NCBI GenBank assembly: GCA_965112735.1
Contig: OZ218957.1
Coordinates: forward strand, 806,001 to 870,000
From: Phaeosaccion multiseriatum
Taxonomy: Eukaryota > Protista > Ochrophyta, other classes
Direction of reading: 5' to 3'
DNA length: 64,000 bases
In this document: one piece after another, positions 54,546 to 64,000 of the stretch
Position numbering within the stretch: the first letter of the stretch is position 1
How the letters are laid out: every line of letters starts with the position of its first letter
Program-made: the position numbers and the translations under genes
The notes under the pieces: model-generated
Database searches by the model: none
What the model was told of the DNA's origin: nothing
Seen by the model: the letters and a program-made list of their open reading frames with translations, nothing else

Positions 54546-55057
54546 TTACGTCAGCGTCATGCGCACGGCCAGAGGCCGGTGGTCCGAAATGTCAAACTCC
54601 GCATTCCACGTCTCGTACTGCATTGACTTGGGCAGCAGCACCGCCTCGTTCACATCCACGCCGGCGACCTTGAGCTCCAGCTCATCTGCAGCCATCACGC
54701 CCTCTCCCCCCCGCTGCTGCTGCTGCTGCTGCTGCTGGTGGTGGTGTCGGTGGTCCTTGTCACCAAACGATGTTGGTTGTGATGGCATCTGTGGCGTTTG
54801 TGGCAGTCGTTGTGGCACAGTTCTTTGTGGTTTTTGCGGTGGTGTTCGCGGTGGTGCTCGCGGTGGCGATCGCGAAGTGCGCCCCTCAAGCTCCTCGTCC
54901 AACATCTCCCCACTGAGCGCCCTCGTTGTCCTCCTGAAGGCTGAAGGCGCGCACGGCGGCTCAGGTAGGGACAAGGTTCGTCTAGATAACCGGCCTTCTG
55001 GCGCCCCTCCTTCTCCTTCCCCGTCCAACACTGTGCCACGTACTCCTCCTCCTCCTC

Positions 55058-55092
<35 letters not shown>

Positions 55093-55243
55093 TCTGCTTC
55101 TGCTGCTCCTTCCTCTCCGCCTTCTTCGGCACCGCCTCCTGCCACCGTGGAGCCTGCCGCTGCCTGCACTGTGGGAGCTCGCACAAAGCAATGGTCGACC
55201 ATCTCTTCATCCCCGCGGTGGTTCAGGTGCGATACCGACTGAC

Positions 55244-55275
<32 letters not shown>

Positions 55276-56059
55276 GAGGAAGAGAGAGAGAAAAAGGGGG
55301 GGGGGGCGAAGAGTGGAGTAGAGTAGAGGGCACAGAGCAGGTTAGAGATGAGATGGGGGAAGGACACTGAGAATGGAAAGTCGTAGTAGGGCGTAGGGCG
55401 CTACGGGGCAGAAGACACAAGAACAAGTTCGTGAACGTTGGATAAAAGGTTGCGAGGAGAAGGGGGGGGGGGGGAATAGGCCACGGAATCACACAGTCGT
55501 TTCTTCCGGACAAAGAGCGTAGTGCATACGCGATGGAGCCCACCAACCATTAACGAACCCCTACCATTAACGAACCCCTCGCCTCCCCCATTGTTCTTCC
55601 CTCCCTCCCTTGTCCCCATCTCCCCCCCCACCTTGCTGTCGGCGGCGTTGACGGTACAGTAGGTGCTTTGAAAGCCCTTGCTCCGCAGGTGCATACAGAC
55701 CGGGTCGCTGTCATTGACGTTCATGTCTCCGAGCACCACGACGGGGGTGCTGTGCGGCAGGGTCCTTGTCTTCAAGTACACCTCGACGGTTTCGGTGAGG
55801 ATTTCAATCTGCCGCATTTGGTTGTATCGCTCAAACTTGTTGTGGGGGAAGGTGAGGTGAGTGTTGACCAGCAACACCTCCTTTCCCTCGCCCTTGTCCC
55901 TGCCGTTGCTTTGCGGTGTCATCGCATCATCATCCTCCTCTTCCGCCCCAGCAACTGGTGGCCAATCGCCTCCTACTGAGAGCGCTGAGAACACCCCTTC
56001 TAATGCGACTGCGCCTTCTTCCTTCTCCCCCCCATCACCCCCCCCTCCTCCCTGCTGCG

Positions 56060-56093
<34 letters not shown>

Positions 56094-57502
56094 ATGCCCC
56101 GTGTCTGCTACCTCCTCCTTGCGCTCCGGGTCCGGATAGATGCGTACGTGCAAGAGCATGGCTACCCGGTTGCCAACGCTCCCCAAACGAAACCTTTTGC
56201 AGCCCACCGGTTCGACCTTCCCCTTTCGGAGGAGCACGGCAAGCCCGTCACCCTTGCCTCCCGTGCGCTGTCGTAGGGAAGGGGGAGAGAGGGAGAGAGG
56301 GAGAGAGAAGAGAGAGCAACGAAGAGAGTTAGTTGTTAGATCTGTTTCTCTACCTATGGACTCAAATCAGAGAGGGAGAGGGAGAGAGAGATCAATGAAG
56401 AGAGGGTTGATGGTTGCCCTTCTCTATCCATCAACTCAAGTCGGAAAGAGAGGGGGAGAGAGAGAGTAACCTAAGAGAGCGGGTTGTCAGGCGTGTGAGT
56501 CCATCATCATCACCATGACGCCATCGTGGAGCCTTCGATGGTTACCTGAGTAGTCTGGAAGGTGTGAGTGTCTCCCATTCGCTCCACAAAGAGCTGTTGG
56601 TAATCCTTTTGGAACCAGTACTCTTGCAGGCATATAATGTCGCACTCCCTGAGCTCCGTCGCCACAAACTGTGCGGTAGAGGAGAGGGCACAGACAGACA
56701 GCAAATTGGGCGGGATGAGGCTGCAAAATCCCGTCGGGAGAGTGACAAAGCGATACAGAAAAGGGGTGGGGTGGTGCAGCGAAAATACGAGACCATACTC
56801 GAGACTGATAGGGAGACTGATTCGTTCACCGCGACTCACCGACGCTGCTTTTGTACCTCTCTTCTTCCACATGCCCTCAAAGTCGCTCTCCCGCTTCTTC
56901 TGAGGCACGCCCAGGGCCTCCTCCTGCTGCTGCACCAGCGCCTCGTCCACAGCGGGGGGAAGCCCGCGATCATCACACGGCTGCTCGATGCGCTTGTAGC
57001 ACGGCGCTAGCAGATTGAAGCTCGCCACCCACAGACCCAGTGCGAGTGGTCTTGGCTTCTCCTCCTCTGCCTCCCCATTAGGTGCTGCTGCTACTGCTGC
57101 CGTGGTCCCTCCTCCTCCTCCTCCTGCTTCACTGCTGTCCCCATTCATCTTCGAGGCAGCTTCGGCCATAGCCGCTCCAGCGGCGTGCACCGCCGTGTGT
57201 GGTCTGCTCTTCCTCAGGAGGGGGGAATTGCGCCAACCTTGGATGCGAGTTGGATGGCAGAGGAAGGGCCCAGTCTTTCTGCCGTACACACCGCCGCCGC
57301 CCCCCGCGTTGTCACCACGGCTGCTTCTATTTCTCCGAAAGGATGGGCCACTCTCCCCTCCAGGAGGAGTGTAGCCTCTGCGGCTTGTGCTGTTCCCGGC
57401 TGTGCTGCGCGTCCTGATGCTCTCGGAGAAAAGCGGCGGAACACTGCTCCGGAGAGCGCTTGCACCTGTTATGCACACCAACAGAAGTATGACCAAGGCC
57501 AT
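54546..57502 (-). CDS. Endonuclease/exonuclease/phosphatase (EEP) family protein with signal + transit-like presequence, ~704 aa
   Basis: Exons 57502-56840, 56668-56546, 56267-55632, 55238-54546. Motifs SFNLLAPCYKR, DIICLQE, RTGGKGDGL, NTHLTFPH, LGDMN, VSHLNHRG, VDH, SDHRP. Resembles the At1g02270-type EEP family. Confidence 0.88.
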
Positions 57503-58369
57503 TGGCCATTCACATCCATACAGGGCCCTCTCTTTCTATCGAACAACCGTGCTCTGTATACTCTGGTATACGAGCAACAAGGGGGTCGAAGATTGAAAAA
57601 TGTGTCCCCCCGGGGCCTTGCTCCCCTCCCATCCATCGCCCCCCCTCCCTCCCTTGGGCCTCGGTCATCTCTCCCCCCCCCCCTTTTCTCTCTCTCTCAG
57701 AGTCCCACCCTAATCTAAGCAGTTCTTACTCCCCACACCACACCAGGCAGATGTAGATTCCTCAGTCACTCAATCATTTTATGGAACAACAGGAAAGGAA
57801 GGAAGGAAGGAAGGAAGGAAGGACGCAAGCACGCACCCACGCACACTCTCACTCAGACACTCACTCGTTCGCTTACTCTCTCCCGCTTCGCTCGGTCTCC
57901 CCTCCCCTTCCCGTACCCTATCCTTACCTCCCACTCCCTCAGACATTCCCCCCTCCCTTGCTCACTCACTCACCCACTCACTCACCCACGTGACTCGCCT
58001 ACTCCTTCACTCACTAACGCACGCGACTCACCTACTCACTCACTCCCTCCCTCCCTCCCTCCTTCACTCTCTTACTTCGTCACTCACTCACGCACAGAGC
58101 ATCAACAAAGGGTTTCGTCATTTCATTACTAAGTATTATATTTCACTATGGTACTATGCACAGTGCACGATACGTCCCCTGGCTTGGGGAGAACCGCGCT
58201 TGTACCAATAGAAGGGGAGAGAAGAGAGGAGAGAGCTCTATGCTGCTGCTGCTGGTGCTGCTCCTATGGTGAGAGAGAGTTTCGTCGTTGGTTTAGTCAT
58301 GTGCAGGCAGGGCTCTGCCCATGGGGGGAGACCCCTCTGCGACCCCACTTTCCTCTGAGGAACACCACC

Positions 58370-60538
58370 TCATTCGTCTCCTCTCGTTCTCTTTGCCCCT
58401 GCCCCGGACGACGACGATGATGCACTTGCACCCCCCGCCGCCGCTGTTGCAGTACCATCGGGTGGATCGCCAGGCTCGCTGCCCCGCCTTCGCTCGTGCA
58501 GCTCGCCGTCACTGACGCTCCCCCTGCGAGAAGCTGCCAAGGCCCTCCTTCCGGCTGCCCCTGTCTCTCCCTCCCGACTGAGAGTTGCCCCTTCCCCGCT
58601 TCTTGTTCGTCGCTCCCTCGATCCGTCGCCGCCCCCCTCCTTCCTCTTCGCTTCTTTCTCTTGTCCTTTCTCCCCGAGCGAGTCTCTACTACTCACGGCA
58701 CCCATCACTTGGGAGCTCCAATCGCCGACAAGGCCTTGTGATTTTGGGTTCGGGGGGGGGCTGACCCTTGGCGATTGAATCCGCGCCGAAGACGAAGCTG
58801 CTGCTAATGTTCCCGCCTCAGTGTGAGATTGCGGCCCATCAAACTTCCTCCGTGGTCGCCGCCGTCCGCTCCGCTGCTGCTGCTGCTGCTGCTCCTGCTG
58901 CTGCTGCTGCTGCTGCGCTTCCTCCCCTTTCTGGCACTGATCTGAGCCGCTGCCCCTGCTCCTGCCTTTTGAATGTCTCACTGACACTTCGGCATGTACA
59001 CGTCCTGCTCCTCCTCTTTCACCCTCTGCTTTTCCGGCTGGTTCTGCTGGTGGTGGTGGTGGTGGTGCTGCCGCCGCTGCTGCTCGTGGTGATGGTACCG
59101 CTGGGGGTGCTTGGCACTGCCGCTGTTCCTCAGCCCCCCCCCCCGCCGCCGCTCCCACGTGAAAGTCCTCACCACTCGGAGGATAGTAAGCGTGGCGTGT
59201 GCTGCTATACCCAAACTCAGGGACCCGAAAGTTGGGACCCGATGGATAATGAGAAGTGTTGACTGTGGGGTACACAAAATCTTCCTCCAACACGCACGCC
59301 CCGCCCCCCCCCCCGTCGCTACCAGCCTCGGGGGGATAGGCCATCGCATACGTCTGCTGTGGCTCTCCCGCATGAGGATACACGACCTTACCCACGTGCG
59401 AAGAGTCGGGCTCCAGGACCCGGTCGGCGGTGAAGCACTCTTCTTCTTTCTCTCCTCGACCCGCTGCTGCGTACATTGGCACTCTCATACCCATGGCGAA
59501 GTCCGCCACATCACGAAAATCCCCTCTCCCCTCTTTTTCTTGTTCTCCATCTTTTCCTCCTGCTGCTCGTGCTGTTGCTGCTGCGGCTGCTGCTTTCACG
59601 GCTGCTGCCGCTGCTGCCGCCGCTGCCGTCGCTGCTGCTGACCCCTTCCGCAGCTGCGCCTCCTCCCCCACGCTGCCTACACCGTCACCTTTCCAGTCTA
59701 ACCCAGGGAGTCGTGGTCCTGACGCAGCCGCTGCGCCAGCCGAAACGCCCTTCTCTCGTAGCATTATTTGAATGTCGCTGTTGAGGCCGTCCCCGGCCCA
59801 GATATCGCTGTACTGGTAGACTGGAGTGGCCAAGCTGCTGTATGCCGCTACCCCATGCCAGTACTCTGACACCCTGGCGCCTCCGTATGGGTCATCCGGC
59901 AGACTGACCATGTCTGGGTGCTGCTGTTGCTTGTGCCCCCCTTTTCCTATCCGCTTCGCCTTTTCACCTCCTCCCGCGGAGGCCGCCATTGCTGCCGCTC
60001 TCGCAGCCGCAGTCGCCGACTCCCGCTGCTCCTGCTCTTCCGTCTGGCGCTCCTCCGCAGTCATTCCAAACGGATTTCCGCCCCCCTCTGCGTCGCCTTG
60101 CCACGCCGCTGGAACTGCTGCAGACTCCGCCGTTGCCACCACTGCCGCTGCCGCAGCGTCATTTGGGAATGCGTGTGGGCCACTGTCGCTACCTGCGCTG
60201 CTGCAACTCTTGCTGCCCTCACCACCACCGCTACTGAGCGGGTCCTGCCCGGGCCCGTCCCCATCGTTAGCCAGAGGAGACTCAAGTGGACACACACGCA
60301 CCCCCCGCCTCTTTCCCTCCTTTGCAGCACCCAAACCACTGGTGGGAGCCTCCTCTCCTCCGCCCTCTGAAGACGAGCTACAATGCTGCTGCTCCCCCCC
60401 GCTAAGCTGCTCTCCTCGGAGGAGGGCCCGGGCAGAGGCGGAAGCCGAAGCAGAGCTATCTTCCAGCGTTCCGTCCGCCAGAGAAAGATTAAAGTCGGCC
60501 AACAGCCCCACCTCAGGAGTGGGGCACGCGAACGGCAT
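58370..60538 (-). CDS. Hypothetical intronless protein, ~720-755 aa, mostly low-complexity
   Basis: Open frame 58370-60637 with the first ATG at 60538. Aromatic-rich islands (DDPYGGARVSEYWHG...YQYSDIW; EEDFVYPT...HYPSGPNFRVPEFGY). The start codon is uncertain. Confidence 0.6.
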   Translation of the reverse strand: MPFACPTPEVGLLADFNLSLADGTLEDSSASASASARALLRGEQLSGGEQQHCSSSSEGGGEEAPTSGLGAAKEGKRRGVRVCPLESPLANDGDGPGQDPLSSGGGEGSKSCSSAGSDSGPHAFPNDAAAAAVVATAESAAVPAAWQGDAEGGGNPFGMTAEERQTEEQEQRESATAAARAAAMAASAGGGEKAKRIGKGGHKQQQHPDMVSLPDDPYGGARVSEYWHGVAAYSSLATPVYQYSDIWAGDGLNSDIQIMLREKGVSAGAAAASGPRLPGLDWKGDGVGSVGEEAQLRKGSAAATAAAAAAAAAVKAAAAAATARAAGGKDGEQEKEGRGDFRDVADFAMGMRVPMYAAAGRGEKEEECFTADRVLEPDSSHVGKVVYPHAGEPQQTYAMAYPPEAGSDGGGGGACVLEEDFVYPTVNTSHYPSGPNFRVPEFGYSSTRHAYYPPSGEDFHVGAAAGGGAEEQRQCQAPPAVPSPRAAAAAAPPPPPPAEPAGKAEGERGGAGRVHAEVSVRHSKGRSRGSGSDQCQKGEEAQQQQQQQEQQQQQQRSGRRRPRRKFDGPQSHTEAGTLAAASSSARIQSPRVSPPPNPKSQGLVGDWSSQVMGAVSSRDSLGEKGQEKEAKRKEGGGDGSRERRTRSGEGATLSREGETGAAGRRALAASRRGSVSDGELHERRRGSEPGDPPDGTATAAAGGASASSSSSGAGAKRTRGDE

Positions 60539-60968
60539 CCCTGTTGTCCCTGCCGGCGCCGCTGTTGCTGCTGTTGCCCCTCCTGCTACCTCCTCCGACC
60601 AGCTATAAAGAGAGCGGGACGAAAACTCACATCCCACGCCTTTTCATTCCTCATTCCTCATTCTCTCTCGCTGTGGACAAGCGGCCCCTGCTCACACAGC
60701 CCATCTCAGAGCACATCACCTCACGTTTCTCTCTCGGATGCCCTCTTCCCTCTCTCCCTCCCCCTGCCTGTCGTGCGGCCAAACGTACTCTACTCTTGGC
60801 AAAAAGAGCGGCACAACAGGAGCAGGACCCCCGGGGAAGGCGGGTTTTTTGTTTTTTATGGCAACCCAACGAAGAGAGGAGCGGAATAAAAAGGAGAGAC
60901 AAAATAGAGATCTAATCTAGGAGTTGTTGAAGGCCAAGAGACTGGGGCATATCCTGTGCCTTGAGGGC

Positions 60969-61850
60969 ATGATGGCTTCCCCGTCCGGGGAGGAAGACGC
61001 TGGAGGGCAACCTCTCCTCCTCACACACACACACACAGCACCAGTTGACCCTGCCGCCAGCGGTCCAGCCGCCCTACCCAGCCCCCCCCAACAGGCTGGC
61101 CAGCAGCAAGGGGACGATGAGGACGATGAGGAAGATGAGGACGAGGAGGTGCCCAGGGCCGTGGACCCCCGTAAGAAAGCAGGCGCTGGGGGAAACGCTG
61201 TCGGGAAAGAGGGTGGTGTTGGCAACGGCGATGGCGGCAGCAGCAGCAAGGTCAGCACCTGTAGCGCGCACGGTGCAGGGAGGAAGAGCAGCGTGGAGAC
61301 TGGAAGCCAGCAGCAGATGAAAAAAAAGGGCAGCGCAAAGGCTAAGCACAAGGCCAGCAGCAAGAGCAGCAGCTGCAACACTCACAGCAGTAGCAAGAGC
61401 CAACCTAATGGCAGCAAAGCAGGCAGCCAGCTTCCAGCCTTTCCCCAGCTGACACGGGACTTTAAGCACTGGCCCCTTTGGGACGTGGTCAAGCACGTGC
61501 GCGTGCGCACGGACCTGGATGCGGTGGTGCTTGAGGTGACCACTCAGCAGTTTGAGGATGCGCAACAGAGGGGCTGCCTCAAGTGCCAAAAGCAGCACAA
61601 GCGGGCCCTCAAGGCGTGTCCAACGTCCTTTCCCCTCAATCCTGTCTTTCTTCTGAACACGGATAAGAAAGAGCTGCTGGGCGTGTTTCGGATCAAATCA
61701 GTGATCAAGTATGGCACAGGAGAGGCGATTCACCTGCATCGGGTGCTCTTGCTGGCTGAGCTTGGCGCCGACGTATACGGGCCGCTGATCGGCACCGGTA
61801 TGCCGCCACCTCATGGCGTCAGCCGAAGCAGCAGCAGCGGTGGTAGTATT

Positions 61851-61881
<31 letters not shown>

Positions 61882-63953
61882 TAGAGAGGCTGATGGCCAA
61901 GGCCTCGGAAAAGACGCTGATCGACGCTCGGGAGGCGTCGCTCACGCACCTCCGCAGCGTCCTCGGGCCGAACCCGTTGGCAGCCAAGTACGAGTCCAAA
62001 AGGCTAGATGCTGACTCTGCAGCCCTGTCGTCTCGATACGTCATTCCGAAGAGAAAGCCTGACCTACGCTACGCTCCGGAAGCACCGGATCAGTTCGCCA
62101 TCCGATGCGCGTCGGACAATGAGTGGCGGGAGCGGATGTGGGGTCGACAGGTGGTGCTCGTGGGGGACTCCAGCATGCTCGCCTTGTACAGGCATACGGT
62201 GAAGGTCCTCATGGGTCTGTCCCCCGAGGACTCTGCCCAGGGCGAGGAGCTCGAGGGGGATCGAGAAGTGCAATCAGCGGCCGCCAGCGCAAGCGCAACA
62301 GCAGCAGACCCGTCTTTTGCGTCGCCTCTTGCCAATCGCGAGTGGAGGGGAAGGGGAAGCGGGGGCACGGTGCTCAAGTACGTGTTCATCAGCAAAGCCT
62401 GGGGTGCCAGCACCAAGAAAGTCCTCAAGGAGGCGCTCGTGGGGAACAGCGTTGTGGTGATGAACTCGTGCTTCCTGGACTTGATCCACAGCGAGTCGAC
62501 GGAGCACGAAACGGTGAACCAGTACATCAAGGACCTCGTCGCCCTCGTGGCCTTTGTTCACAGAAAGAAGACCTTCAAGGGGCTATTTATGTGGCTTGGC
62601 AGCATGCCTGCCGCTCCAGCAGCTTGGAGCAGCGGCCTCTACACACTGCCCAGCAACAGCAGCAGCAGCACCACCACCACCACCACCACCACTACCAGCA
62701 GCAAGAGTGCTCTGGCACGCAAGACAGCACAGCTGCTGTCTCGCCGAATCCCTCTCCTGGACAGCATTGCCTACGGGGTACTGGCGGAGAGAGGCAACCT
62801 TCCATGTCTCTCTGTGTGGCGGTTTGGGGCTCAGAAAATTGGGGACTTGTCCAAGGATGGCATAACGTACGGCTCAAAGACGCTCGGCTGGGTGGGCAAC
62901 AGACTGGCGTACTTTTGGAAGCAGCACGGAGTGGATCCTCTACCCTCTGCCTCTACCGAGCGGCAGCGACCGATCAAGCCGGGAGAACAAGTACAGCAGC
63001 CGCCCGAGAAAAAACCCAGCAAGAGTAGTGAGAAGAAAGGGAGGGACAGCAAAAGCAGTGGTCCGCCCCCCGCCGCTGCAAAGGCGAAGCCGACGCACGA
63101 GGAGAAGAAGACAAAGAAGGGCGGCGGCGGCAGCAGCAGCAAAAACAACGACAGCAACGACAACGAAGTAGAAGAAGGCGGAGGAGGAGAAAGCTGGAGA
63201 GGCAAGAGAGTTGCCAAGAACTTCATGGGTGTTGTGTTCCCCGGCACAGTGAATGCGTTCGTGCCTGCGAGCGAGACTGAAGAAGGGATGGACTTGTACG
63301 GCGTGCTCTACGACGATCAAGACTCGGAGGACCTCAACACTGCAGAAGTCCTCAAGGGCTTCGAGCTATTTCAGAGCCACTACAAAAAGCGACAGAGGCT
63401 GCCCTCCGCCGAGGGGGAAGCGGATCTGCCCTTGGCGCAGGCAAGGACGACGAAGAAACTCAAGGCGACGAGCGCGAAGCAACCAGCGGAAGAAACGAAG
63501 GATTCTGGGGAGGAGAGAGGCTCCACACCACGACCACCACCACCAGCAGCAGCAGCAGCAGCGGGAGGAGGAGGAGGAGGAGGAGGAGGAGCATCTGCAG
63601 GTGGACAGCTTCGAAAGTGGACAGCCAAAGACAGCCCTTGGGATGAGAACGGACTACTGATCAACCCCGCAGGTCTGTCGAGGGGCATGCATGTGGAGGT
63701 GCTGGACACGGGGGGCAAGACGTACGACTATGCCAGGATTTCGAGGATCAAGGAGATGAGGACCGTGGCGCCATTCAGGCGCGTCACTGTGGTCTTCTTG
63801 GTCGCCAAGGGATATGAGGAGTACATTGACGTCCTTCTGACAAACGAGAAGCCCATCCATGATCTGACCATGCCCGGCACGCTGCTCAGGTGGAAAACGC
63901 TCACGAGCGTGAAGGGGGTCATCACACGCCAACCGTGGCCTACCACACTCTGA
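60969..63953 (+). CDS. Intronless multidomain protein: DCD-like + PC-esterase/SGNH-like + two Tudor-like domains, 994 aa
   Basis: Single 2985-nt ORF. PVFLLNTDKKELLGVF (DCD-like); VVLVGDS...VVVMNSCFLDL...DGITY (FAM113/PCED1-like SGNH); GKRVAKNF..VFPGTV...LYGVLYDDQDSEDL (PTM/DIR17-like Tudor); GMHVEVLD...YARI...VVFL..GYEEYI (Tudor-knot-like). Confidence 0.8.
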
Positions 63954-64000
63954 GTGCGCGTTTCACTTGTCTGGCGTAGACTGAGCCACCCTTTTGGACC

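Overview
Eukaryotic, GC-rich, intron-rich DNA saturated with microsatellites. It most likely comes from a flagellated, plastid-bearing ochrophyte (stramenopile) alga. This is inferred from bipartite signal+ASAF-type presequences, a PPP1-like periplastid gene, and centrin, CEP120 and CFAP210 genes; the species cannot be fixed from sequence alone. I reconstructed about 16 genes by hand from GT-AG junctions: CAF16-like ABC ATPase (3' part), PPP1-like protein, centrin, CEP120, NADH-cytochrome b5 reductase, LAMMER kinase, a damaged PPR gene, V-ATPase subunit F, PP2A scaffold A, a NodU/CmcH carbamoyltransferase, CFAP210, a TKL kinase, TsaD/Kae1, an EEP-family protein and three intronless ORFs. Most are arranged as head-to-head pairs. 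Also present are several MITE or foldback elements and an orphan multicopper-oxidase fragment. The most interesting items are: (i) an apparently plastid-targeted NodU/TobZ-type O-carbamoyltransferase with a C-terminal PqqD/RRE-like winged helix, about 13 kb from a presequence-bearing TsaD; (ii) an intronless DCD-like + degenerate SGNH + double Tudor-like protein; (iii) a near-identical 105-bp PPR array whose variable sites include the RNA-code positions; (iv) introns polarised G-rich at the 5' end and C-rich at the 3' end; (v) a piggyBac-like foldback element with telomere-like termini. Most long ORFs in the supplied track are microsatellite artefacts. All family assignments come from motif recognition, not database searches.
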